Below, piece after piece: positions 18,191 through 27,520 of a stretch of DNA of 61,545 nt. A program made the position numbers and the translations under genes. The stretch is from a virus. Its lineage: Duplodnaviria > Caudoviricetes. The notes beneath the pieces are model-generated. The model saw only the letters and a list, made by a program, of their open reading frames with translations, did no database searches and was not told the DNA's origin. Location of the stretch: IMG/VR virus record IMGVR_UViG_3300040806_001491, positions 1 through 61,545 of that record. The stretch is one strand, 5' to 3'. Each line of letters begins with the position of its first letter. The first letter of the stretch is position 1.

Positions 18191-19537
18191 TTAATTAGGA
18201 TCTATCTGGAATCTTAATTTTGCAGCTACCCAGTGAGGTCCGTCACCTTGATAACGCCATCTGAGAACAGCATAATGAACAGCAATTCCTGAACATTCAA
18301 AGCTAAAGTTTACTGTGTTTGTTCTTGCACTTGTAGATTTACCATTAATCACACGCTGTACTACAAGGTCAGGTCCAGTGTAACTTAGTGTTCTAATTAT
18401 TAGATCTACATCTCCTGCTGGGTCTTTATCAAGTCCAAACAGTCCGTCTCTAGTTCCATCTACACTAACAGTACCTGTTACTGTTACAGTCCAATCGCCT
18501 AGCGGTATATTGTATTCGCCAATGGTATTAGTATCTGTATTTGTAGGATCATTAAATAATCCCGATGTTCCTGATTGAGAGCCTGTACGAGGTAACTCAA
18601 TGTCAACATAATAATCTGTAACCCCTTGATTAACAAGAGCTGGTTGTGTAGCAACAGGAGTTAGTGGATTATCTAAATAAGAAGGATGATACACACGATT
18701 GTTTAGCGTAAAGTCTGCTGTTACAATTTCGTCAGGAGCACCTGTTGAGCCGTCATCTAATCTTAGTTGAACTTCACCTGCATATGATGTAAGTTTACGA
18801 GCTCTTACATCTAAAAAGTTAGATGTATATGTGCCTGTTGCATATGTGTTATATGCACTTTGTTCAGCAGCAAGTGATCTCCAATTAGCATCACCTTCAA
18901 TTGGGCTCCACACTGGAGGATTGGCACTTATAAGATTTGCCATATCTTCGTAGTCTTTGTTTTTATCATCTTCCGGAACATTAGAAGCAACTACATCAGT
19001 TATTACTATGCCCCCAGCATTTTGCCAATGCCTTGCATGATCTTCATTGCTTGCTCTTCGAGTATCGCCATTAGCATTACTAGTATAATTATATCCGCCT
19101 GGAAAACCAATTATTGTTGATCCTTCAAACCCTACATTTGTATCATCTGGAATTGTAAAAGAAAAATTTGTATTACCTAAATTAGCATAACCCGGATTTA
19201 ATGCTGTTGCTGCATCTTGTATCATCTGTTCTGCTGCATTGTATAATGCTGCTGATATAACATGATTGCTTGGTATTCCTGCTGGTGACCACGGTGACGG
19301 AAGTTGTTGATGCACTTCTTCTTTTGTTGCACTACCTTTAAGAGTAAATGCTCTAGCATCAACTATATCAGAAATTAAATCATTCCAACTTTCGTTTGTA
19401 ATAATGTCATCCGAACCAACAAAACGTGTTAATGGTCGACAAAGTTGTCCTAGTTCTAATCCCCAATAATTTATTGTTTGAGTAACTAGTTCATTAAACG
19501 TGTCTGCTGTTGCTGATGTAGTAGTGGTAACTGGCAT
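18191..19537 (-). CDS. Putative virion fibre/baseplate-associated protein (paralog family A)
   Basis: Shares N-terminal and central motifs with 12352..13758; directly follows the tail fibre genes. Confidence 0.55.
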   Translation of the reverse strand: MPVTTTTSATADTFNELVTQTINYWGLELGQLCRPLTRFVGSDDIITNESWNDLISDIVDARAFTLKGSATKEEVHQQLPSPWSPAGIPSNHVISAALYNAAEQMIQDAATALNPGYANLGNTNFSFTIPDDTNVGFEGSTIIGFPGGYNYTSNANGDTRRASNEDHARHWQNAGGIVITDVVASNVPEDDKNKDYEDMANLISANPPVWSPIEGDANWRSLAAEQSAYNTYATGTYTSNFLDVRARKLTSYAGEVQLRLDDGSTGAPDEIVTADFTLNNRVYHPSYLDNPLTPVATQPALVNQGVTDYYVDIELPRTGSQSGTSGLFNDPTNTDTNTIGEYNIPLGDWTVTVTGTVSVDGTRDGLFGLDKDPAGDVDLIIRTLSYTGPDLVVQRVINGKSTSARTNTVNFSFECSGIAVHYAVLRWRYQGDGPHWVAAKLRFQIDPN

Positions 19538-19552
19538 TAGTAATTACTTCCT

Positions 19553-22519
19553 TTAAACTTTTAAAACACATTCAACAAGTTTTTCGCCTTCTTCTGCATT
19601 ACTGTTTAGTGCGATACCTACTAATGATCCTCCGTTAATTACAGTACTTGCACAACCATTGTCGTCTACATATACAGCTTGTCCTTTTTTAACAGGACCT
19701 ATAACTCTAACTGGTACACGCCCTTTAAGCGCAATATACTGGCCTTCAGCTTCTGCATTCATCATAAATGCTGGATCTGTACTTACAACACCTATAGCAA
19801 TATCGCCACGTTGTGCTGTATCTGCTTCGTATTCTTCACTTTGTGAAATACTAACAACAGTACCAGGAGATAGCTCTTCTGGTGTTGAATATTTTTCTGC
19901 TAAGTCAGCATAGTATGCTTGAGTTGCAACACCAACAAAATTACCAGTGTGTAGTGTAATACCGTCGGCATCATACGTACTATGTCCAGTACTATTATGA
20001 GTCATAGTAATATTTGTGCTAGATGTTGTAACTTTTTGTGGAGCATTAGAATCGTTAATATTCTTAATTTCTGAAGTGCTAATTCCACCAATAGTATCAT
20101 TTAAACCGCTTACAGCACTTGATATTTTTGCATCAACTTCACCTGAACTATCTATACCAAGATTAGACCTAGCTGTTGCTTTGCCAGAAGCATCACTAGC
20201 ATCTACACCTAAGCCGCCAACTGAAAGAGGTATAATTCCTCCGCTTTCGCCAACATAGTTTAGTGTAGTAACGTTGATAGTACCAAATGTAGCTGAAGTA
20301 CCGTCAAAAATGTTTGCATGTAGTGTACCTGAATCACCTTCTACATATACATCTGGGTGTGTTTTACTTTCTTGATATGCGCTTCCGACATCAGTTGGAA
20401 CTGTTGTAATAAAGAAATTACCTGCAGACGAAGTTGAAACTGTCTTAATAGTATCTGATTCTAATGCAAGATTTGCTGTTCCATTAAATGTTCTTGCTAC
20501 AACATCAACTACTTTAGTTGCACCTTGACCAATATAGTCATATATATCGCCACCAACATTACCAGTAAACGTACCTGTGTGATCTCCAGCTGCATTGCCT
20601 GTTAAATTACCAGTTACATTACCAGTTAAGTCACCAGTTACATCGCCAGTTACATCGCCAGTTAAGTTACCAGTTACATCGCCTACGATATTACCGCTAA
20701 AGTCTCCATGGAAGGTATTTGCATATAAATCACCGTCGCCGTCTCTAGCAGCTAGTACACCTGCTTGTGCTGTTGCACTTGCACTAATTCCTAGTGTAAC
20801 TCTTGCATTTTCTCTAGGTGTTGCATCTTGTACTTCATTTACAAAAACATTTAAATATGCTTCACCTGTAACTTCTTTAATACTTTCTACAAAGTTACCA
20901 GTAGTGTCTGTTCCTAGTGCAATACTATCTGCATTGTTAGTAATATTAATTGTTAAATCTGATGTTCCATCAAGTGTTCCACTACCTGTAACATCTCCAG
21001 AAAATGTAATTGTTCTAGGTGTTTGCCATTTAGTGGCTGATGCAGCATTACCATTAAGTTCACCAACAAACTGTCTTGCAAATACATCTTGATCGCCATT
21101 ACGTACCATTACCGTATTTGCACTACTGTTTACATTTGCGCCACGATACTCGGTACCTACAGCAATAGTGCTTGATCTAGTTGCAACACCGTTAAATACG
21201 TTTGCTGTAATATTACCAGAACCATCTCTTACAGCTACAGTATTATTATCTGCTGCTGTGCTTCCTGTTCTAAAGTCTGTACCGTTAACTAGTAAATTTT
21301 CTGCCTGAGTTACTTTTGCTGTAATTGCAGCATTAACATCAGCCTTATTCCTTAGTGCATCTGCAACTAATTCTCTTGCATAAATGTCTCCAGCGTTGTC
21401 TCTGCGCACTACTGTGTTTGCGTTTTCAACTTTGTCTAAAGATCTATAATTGCCACTTTCATCTATTAGTGTATCTGCTTTATCAGCAATACCTCTAAAA
21501 TTTGCTGCATGTACATTTGCCCATTGTAAATTTAATGACCCTAGATTATAAGTTAAATGAGCACCCGGTACTGGACCTTGTTTGTCCATTTCCATAGGAA
21601 CTTTATTAACACCGTTAGAGTCATTTACTACAAATGACAATCTTTCATCATTTTGTGAGGCTTTAATTACTGGCTTCCCGCCAACGTACTCTAATACTAG
21701 TTGTCCTGTTGCACCAATAGCAAGACCATCGTTAACCTTAATATCAACTTGGCCTAAAAATTCTGCTCCTACTCTTTGAATATATTCTTCAGCTAGAACA
21801 CCGCCTAACTTTTGTGAATTAGTAACACTACCATTTATAATATATTCACTCGATGTTACTCCGCCTTCAGCTTCTTGTGTATCAACAAGATTGATACCTT
21901 TTCTAAGTCTATCAAAACCTAGTATACTATTACTCGAATCGAGTGTAAAATCATCGTTACTTGATATGAAAATTGTTTTACCGTCAACAATACCTTTAAG
22001 TATTAAATGTTGATAGTTAGCAATTTGGCTAGGATCTACAGGGTCTGGTAATTGATCATCGTATACTAGGGCTTCTATTACTTCTGTTTGTCTATTAGTT
22101 GTTACCTTGGGGCCAACAAGCATAAAGTCTGTGCCATTGTAAACATACAGTTGGCTAGTTACATCATCCCACCAAAGATCACCGTCTTTTACATTTTGTG
22201 CTGAAAGATCAGTTCCTGTTGGCAGCTCTCCTTGATGGATATTTGCAAGACTAGTAAATATCTTATTGTCATTTCCATCAAATAGCTTTAAGCGTAAAGA
22301 TGTAGCATCTTGGTCAAACCAAAGTTGCCCTGGAATTGGTCTTGCAGGTTGTTGTTCGCTTGCAAAATTTTCTAACAGTTTTACAAAATTTTCGTTTTGT
22401 ATTTCTCCGTATCCACTATAGTTTTTACCTACTAATTTAATATCAGTAGTATTATCTATGGTTCCGTCTTCAACAACTGTTAAAATACTGTTATTTGTTA
22501 GTTCTATTGTGTATGCCAT
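19553..22519 (-). CDS. Tail fibre protein with C-terminal intramolecular-chaperone-like domain
   Basis: N-terminal LVGKNYSGYG..ENF..LLENFA..GQLWFD domain; RDxxGxIxA and GxVT repeats; C-terminal YADLAEKY...GVVSTDP..MN...ALKGRVPV. Confidence 0.75.
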   Translation of the reverse strand: MAYTIELTNNSILTVVEDGTIDNTTDIKLVGKNYSGYGEIQNENFVKLLENFASEQQPARPIPGQLWFDQDATSLRLKLFDGNDNKIFTSLANIHQGELPTGTDLSAQNVKDGDLWWDDVTSQLYVYNGTDFMLVGPKVTTNRQTEVIEALVYDDQLPDPVDPSQIANYQHLILKGIVDGKTIFISSNDDFTLDSSNSILGFDRLRKGINLVDTQEAEGGVTSSEYIINGSVTNSQKLGGVLAEEYIQRVGAEFLGQVDIKVNDGLAIGATGQLVLEYVGGKPVIKASQNDERLSFVVNDSNGVNKVPMEMDKQGPVPGAHLTYNLGSLNLQWANVHAANFRGIADKADTLIDESGNYRSLDKVENANTVVRRDNAGDIYARELVADALRNKADVNAAITAKVTQAENLLVNGTDFRTGSTAADNNTVAVRDGSGNITANVFNGVATRSSTIAVGTEYRGANVNSSANTVMVRNGDQDVFARQFVGELNGNAASATKWQTPRTITFSGDVTGSGTLDGTSDLTINITNNADSIALGTDTTGNFVESIKEVTGEAYLNVFVNEVQDATPRENARVTLGISASATAQAGVLAARDGDGDLYANTFHGDFSGNIVGDVTGNLTGDVTGDVTGDLTGNVTGNLTGNAAGDHTGTFTGNVGGDIYDYIGQGATKVVDVVARTFNGTANLALESDTIKTVSTSSAGNFFITTVPTDVGSAYQESKTHPDVYVEGDSGTLHANIFDGTSATFGTINVTTLNYVGESGGIIPLSVGGLGVDASDASGKATARSNLGIDSSGEVDAKISSAVSGLNDTIGGISTSEIKNINDSNAPQKVTTSSTNITMTHNSTGHSTYDADGITLHTGNFVGVATQAYYADLAEKYSTPEELSPGTVVSISQSEEYEADTAQRGDIAIGVVSTDPAFMMNAEAEGQYIALKGRVPVRVIGPVKKGQAVYVDDNGCASTVINGGSLVGIALNSNAEEGEKLVECVLKV
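20595..20695 (-). repeat. 12-bp coding tandem repeat (G-[D/N]-[V/L]-T)n
   Basis: Degenerate CCAGTTACATCG-type units encoding GDVTGNLTGDVTGDVTGDLTGNVTGNLTG. Confidence 0.8.
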
Positions 22520-22543
22520 TCATATACCCCTGTAACGATATAG

Positions 22544-22551
22544 TATTTATC
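22544..22551 (-). promoter_or_regulatory. Late promoter GATAAATA
   Basis: In the intergenic gap upstream of the AGGGG RBS and the ATG at 22519. Confidence 0.6.
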
Positions 22552-22559
22552 GCCTGCCC

Positions 22560-24776
22560 TTATTCTGTTTGTATTGCTTCTGCTTCAGGAACTTCTGTCC
22601 ATACTCGAGTTGAACCCGAAACAACTACTTTGTAGTATCTTTTTCTTCTAGCAACATTAAGACCCACTGTACCTGAAACTTCGTCTTCAAATGCAATATC
22701 TTCTAATAGCTGCTGGTTTGAGCCATCACCTGGTGGCTGCAATTCATTGTTTGAACTTCTTGTAACTGAAATATCACCGGTATCTATTAAAGTTTTCCAG
22801 TTAACATTTACCCATTCTTTAGTCATAGCGTCATTGATATTAACGCCGTCTACTCTACCGCTGTATTCAACAGTATATAAACGTGCTAGACATCCAATTT
22901 CTCTAAACTGTGCCGGATACATAAATTCTATAAAATCTAATATTTGACTGTTTTGTGTTTCAAAAGATCCATCCGGCATACCTGTAACGTCTAAGAATAA
23001 TGATAACGGTTCGCTTCTTACCTTAGTATCTACATAAAACTTTGTACTAGCATCTTGTGCATTAATAGGATTTCCTAAATTGCTTATAGTTTTTTGATTA
23101 GCGATAGTAATACTTGAAGCACTGTCTATTGTTAACCCGGCACCGGTTGTTTTAATAGTAGGAACACCTGCTATTTCGTCAAGTGTCATAGTAGTATGCA
23201 CTCGAAGCTGTGTAAGTATACCTAAATTTTGTAGGTTTGAATTAACAACATTAGATCCTATCGTAGTAGCATTTAAAACTTCGTCATCGTCTACTCTAAT
23301 TGATTTTCCAGCTACAAGATTTATATTATCACTGAATTCCCAGTTAGTTCCGTTAATAGTATCATTGATCCACTTAATGTGTTTATCATATTGATTAATA
23401 GAGCTGGCTGGACCTTTTACAATTATGCCGGCACCGTTTGCTGTAATGTCTGTTCGTTGACTAACTCCTGTAGCATAAACTGTTTGGTTACTATCAACTT
23501 CTTGTGTTAAACTTCCGGATTGGCTACCTATAAACGCATCGTTAGAATTAGTTGTAAATGTTCCGTTAATAGGTTCAAGATACATTGTAGATCTATCTGA
23601 TGAAATAGATTTAAATGATCCTGATGCTAAACTGTTGGTTTGTGTTATAATTTCACCTACAACTAGTCCACTAGCAATAGTTGCTTTTAGCGGTGTGTTA
23701 AAAGTAAGTACAGCGTCAGCATGACCTAATTCTATATTATAATCATCTACTGTAAGTGTAGCGGTCTCGATAGTTGTATTAGAGCCTTCAACTACTAAAT
23801 CACCTCTAATTCTAGCATCACCATTTACATCTAATGTACTAGTAGGAAGAGCACCTTGGTCCATGTTTAAACCTACACGTCTTGTAGGTGCATGAATTAC
23901 TACTCCGTCAAAAAAGTCATCTACATCGTTTAGTAGTCTAAAACGCATACTATCATTAGTATTGTTAGTTTGTATATTAAAGAATGGTCCAGATGTTCTA
24001 AGTTGAGCGTTTTGTGTTGGTCCAATAATAAGACCTTGCGGACTAGCAATAGTCAAACTTCCTGAAGTATTTCCATCTGCATCATTACGCAAAAACTGAG
24101 AGGCTGTTAATCTAATAGTTTCGCCAGTGACTTGATCTGTTTGGTCAGTGATTAAACTGTTTGCAGCATCTGATAATCCAAATAATCTAAAATTGTCTTG
24201 ATCAATAATTGTAAAACCTTTTTGGATTGCTCCTGAAATTCCTGGTATATTCTGTGCTGACACTGGAGTAAAAGTTTCGTTACTAAGAACAGCAACTCTA
24301 GAGTTTGCTATCCATAAAACTAATACTGTTCTACCTTTACTATCATTACCTGTAACAGTAATTACTTCAAAGCCTGATTTACCTTGTGCTGCACTGTATA
24401 TAGGCCCAACCAATTGGATATCAGATCCGTCAAAGAAATATAATTTGTTATCAGCATTGTCAATCCATATATCGCCTGCAACCATTTGCGGCTGTGTATT
24501 TTGTACAATAGGACCATTTGACTTAAATCCAAAACCATCATATATTTTTAATCTACTTTCTGATGTATCAAACCAAAGTTGTCCTGTTAACGGCGTAGAT
24601 GGAGCACTTGTGCTAGCAAAATTTTCTAGCATTTTAATAAGGTTTTCGTTATAAAATTCTCCGAATCCTGTATAGTTTCTTCCTATTAATGTTAAATCTG
24701 TAGATGTTTGATCAATTTGTCCGTCAACTAGTTCTACTAGTAATGATCCATCTGTTTTATTTAATTTGTAACTCAT
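22560..24776 (-). CDS. Tail fibre/baseplate structural protein
   Basis: Same N-terminal domain as both neighbours (LIGRNYTGFG..ENL..MLENFA..GQLWFD); LDVNGD, QDASTKFYVD fibre-type motifs. Confidence 0.7.
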   Translation of the reverse strand: MSYKLNKTDGSLLVELVDGQIDQTSTDLTLIGRNYTGFGEFYNENLIKMLENFASTSAPSTPLTGQLWFDTSESRLKIYDGFGFKSNGPIVQNTQPQMVAGDIWIDNADNKLYFFDGSDIQLVGPIYSAAQGKSGFEVITVTGNDSKGRTVLVLWIANSRVAVLSNETFTPVSAQNIPGISGAIQKGFTIIDQDNFRLFGLSDAANSLITDQTDQVTGETIRLTASQFLRNDADGNTSGSLTIASPQGLIIGPTQNAQLRTSGPFFNIQTNNTNDSMRFRLLNDVDDFFDGVVIHAPTRRVGLNMDQGALPTSTLDVNGDARIRGDLVVEGSNTTIETATLTVDDYNIELGHADAVLTFNTPLKATIASGLVVGEIITQTNSLASGSFKSISSDRSTMYLEPINGTFTTNSNDAFIGSQSGSLTQEVDSNQTVYATGVSQRTDITANGAGIIVKGPASSINQYDKHIKWINDTINGTNWEFSDNINLVAGKSIRVDDDEVLNATTIGSNVVNSNLQNLGILTQLRVHTTMTLDEIAGVPTIKTTGAGLTIDSASSITIANQKTISNLGNPINAQDASTKFYVDTKVRSEPLSLFLDVTGMPDGSFETQNSQILDFIEFMYPAQFREIGCLARLYTVEYSGRVDGVNINDAMTKEWVNVNWKTLIDTGDISVTRSSNNELQPPGDGSNQQLLEDIAFEDEVSGTVGLNVARRKRYYKVVVSGSTRVWTEVPEAEAIQTE

Positions 24777-26872
24777 TAGCCGCCTACTCCAGTGTATATA
24801 ATATAGTTTACAGCAACAAACGGATTCATAACATTTAATGATTCGCCAACATTGTCATCAGTGTCAATCTTACCAGTTTTAGGTATCAGTAACCCTTGTG
24901 CTGATCCAGTTGCTTGCGTAGCCGGAAAATCACTAACTACGTTTGGATCTGATGATGATTGAGTATCATCAGGTCTAACAGCATAAAACTCTAAGTCTTG
25001 TTCTCCTTGACTGTTGTAACTATATAATTCGTGTTCGTGTTCTGGTAAGTTGTTAACACCAATTCTTCTAGCTTGTGTAGCATAAGTTGGTGAAGCACCT
25101 ACGTTATCAGCACCTTCAGTTACTCGTCCTCGAGCATTACCGTTCATGTTGTCAACACCTAGAGGAAATGCTCCTCTCATATCAGGTAATCCAAAAAATC
25201 CTGTTTGATTATTTTGTTCTGATTGAACTGTGGCTGCATCTTTAAAAGAATTACCAATAACATCATATAACGGTAGATAATCTTCTATCCTTATATTTCT
25301 ACCGTCACAAAACAACCAACCATCAGGTTCTTCTGATCCAGCAAATGGAACTATAGTACCTATTGGCATTAATCCAGTAATACCATTGAATATAGAACTT
25401 GCTTTTACTTTGTAAGTTCCAGTAGGCTCTGAATTTCTATATAAAATAAACTCGTCTTGTGGTTCAGTAGCTGAAACAAGAGTTTGACCATTAATAAACT
25501 CGTCATTAACTGTAGTTTGGAATGTAAGTGTTCCTTGTTGTCCGTCAAAGCTAACATTAGGTGCTGTTACTTGTCCAGACATCCTAAGTACTGTAGGCGT
25601 TGTTAATTTGTCAGCACTACCTGCACGTTGTGATACAGAACCAATAACGTCTCCTACCAACGTACCTCTAAACTCTGTTGCATGAACAGTATTAAATTTG
25701 TTTATAGGTGTACCAACAGTAATTGTATTACTAGAAGGAACAATATTTCCGCCTGTTGTAATTTCTCCTAAGACAGTTAAGGTATCTCCGATATTTGCAT
25801 CTCCTGCAATACCTACACCACCGTCTACTACCAATGCTCCGCTGCTAATACTAGTTGAAGGTATCTGACCTGAAACTTCAATAACTGTATCAGTTTTTAT
25901 TTTTCCGCCAACATGTAATGTTGCATCTTGATCAGGATTAAGTTTGTTAACACCAACGTTTCCAGAATTTCCATCAAGTCTTAATTGTGTTCCTAAAACA
26001 CCGTTTACAGAAACTCCAAAATCTAAGTTGCCGCCGCCTTCATTAGACAAGTAACCTGCACTACCAGTCACTCTTAGTTTTAATAAACTATCTGCTCCAA
26101 TTGTAGTAAGTCCATTATCATTTTGAATACTTATACCATAATTTGTAACATTGACCTGGTCTTTACGCATAAAGCTACTTGCTGGAATTGGATTATCAAT
26201 ATCTGCTTGTGTAGTACCAACTATTAAACCTTCTGCTTTTTCTGCAATACCTCTAAACTTAGTTAATCCGTCTCCTGTAATATCAATCGTTGATAAATTT
26301 ATACCAGGACGAATAATATTAAACCCTTCGATTTTAGTTTTTGGTGTAAATGTTTCGCTTGCTATAATAGCTACTTCTTTACCTTTAGTTTCTATTAAAA
26401 CAGCACCGTAGGTTCTATCATCTGTTCCAATTACTTCAATTGGTCTAGAACCAGTAGCTAGGCCTTCTGCAAATTCTGGGCCTACTAATATCCAAGTAGC
26501 ACCAGTAAACAAATATAACTGTTGATTGTCAGTATCTGCCCACAAATCTCCTACTACTGATTTGCCTACATCAGGAGCGGTTGGAGCTTTTTTTAATCCT
26601 CCTGCTGCTACCCAATTAGTACCATCATATAATTTTAATTGATCAACACCAATCGTATTATCATACCAAAGTTGACCTTCAATTGGATTAGTAGGTTCTT
26701 GATTATTAGCAAAATTTTCTAATAGATGTAAAAAGTTTTCAGCTACAGCCGCACCGTATGCTGTTGTGTTTCTTCCTGGCAACGACAAACTAGTTTCTGT
26801 ATTTAGAGTACTGTCCTCTATAACTAGTGTTCCTTTATTAGTTAAATCTGAAAATTTTATTTCGTATGCCAT
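24776..26872 (-). CDS. Tail-collar-domain fibre protein
   Basis: PIGTIVPFAG..PDGWLFCDG..Y..LYDVIG..FGLPDMRG collar motif; NLPEHEH; C-terminal NPFVAVNYII. Confidence 0.8.
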   Translation of the reverse strand: MAYEIKFSDLTNKGTLVIEDSTLNTETSLSLPGRNTTAYGAAVAENFLHLLENFANNQEPTNPIEGQLWYDNTIGVDQLKLYDGTNWVAAGGLKKAPTAPDVGKSVVGDLWADTDNQQLYLFTGATWILVGPEFAEGLATGSRPIEVIGTDDRTYGAVLIETKGKEVAIIASETFTPKTKIEGFNIIRPGINLSTIDITGDGLTKFRGIAEKAEGLIVGTTQADIDNPIPASSFMRKDQVNVTNYGISIQNDNGLTTIGADSLLKLRVTGSAGYLSNEGGGNLDFGVSVNGVLGTQLRLDGNSGNVGVNKLNPDQDATLHVGGKIKTDTVIEVSGQIPSTSISSGALVVDGGVGIAGDANIGDTLTVLGEITTGGNIVPSSNTITVGTPINKFNTVHATEFRGTLVGDVIGSVSQRAGSADKLTTPTVLRMSGQVTAPNVSFDGQQGTLTFQTTVNDEFINGQTLVSATEPQDEFILYRNSEPTGTYKVKASSIFNGITGLMPIGTIVPFAGSEEPDGWLFCDGRNIRIEDYLPLYDVIGNSFKDAATVQSEQNNQTGFFGLPDMRGAFPLGVDNMNGNARGRVTEGADNVGASPTYATQARRIGVNNLPEHEHELYSYNSQGEQDLEFYAVRPDDTQSSSDPNVVSDFPATQATGSAQGLLIPKTGKIDTDDNVGESLNVMNPFVAVNYIIYTGVGG

Positions 26873-26875
26873 AAG

Positions 26876-27490
26876 TTACACCTCGTTGAAACCTGTTAAA
26901 CTTTGTACCCTTACAGTATAATCAATTTGAATAAGTCTGTTCAACGACTTTTGCACCGGGTGGAAAATAACATGTGTTAGTAGTCTACCAACAGTATTGT
27001 CGGTTCCTCTACTTATTAGTCCTAATTCATCAAACACAAACAAGTCTTCTGATTGAGTTGCTGTATCAAATGCATCTTGTCCTTGTGGCTCACCGTAATC
27101 TAACAAACATGAAACTAAGATATCGGTATAGTTTGCTCCACTTACATGACGTGTTTCTATTTTATTTCTGACAGGGTCTAAATTTTCGTTACTTAAATCA
27201 TCAACTACTTTGCTATAAGTTTGACTATATAGTCCAGCATTTGAACCAGTAGAGTTAGGTGTCAAGTATGTAATAATACCAGTAGGATCAACTGACGTTC
27301 CTCCGTTACCAAACGCCATTTGATATATAGGCCCTTGCCCGGCATTAGCCAAACTTTCAGCTAGTGCTATACTCATATTTTCGTAATGGATTGCATTACG
27401 CTTATCAATAAGGACTTCGCCGGATTCAGGGTCACTTATCTTAATGTGTCCTTGAACTAGCACTCCTTGCATATCTTTTAATTTATCCAT
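26876..27490 (-). CDS. Probable baseplate/virion structural protein
   Basis: GHIKI.D..GE..KRNAIH, FDELGL, LLTHVIFHPVQKSLNR; lies between the wedge and fibre genes. The ATG at 27490 with an AGGTGG RBS is preferred. Confidence 0.6.
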   Translation of the reverse strand: MDKLKDMQGVLVQGHIKISDPESGEVLIDKRNAIHYENMSIALAESLANAGQGPIYQMAFGNGGTSVDPTGIITYLTPNSTGSNAGLYSQTYSKVVDDLSNENLDPVRNKIETRHVSGANYTDILVSCLLDYGEPQGQDAFDTATQSEDLFVFDELGLISRGTDNTVGRLLTHVIFHPVQKSLNRLIQIDYTVRVQSLTGFNEV

Positions 27491-27512
27491 GTTTGTTTCC
27501 ACCTGTCATATG

Positions 27513-27520
27513 TATTTATT
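27513..27520 (-). promoter_or_regulatory. Late promoter AATAAATA
   Basis: Overlaps the stop codon of the giant wedge gene. Confidence 0.55.

Noticed and set aside
20595-20695. Tandem repeat as CRISPR array or VNTR
   Set aside because: 12-bp degenerate units without spacers, explained by the GxVT fibre repeat.
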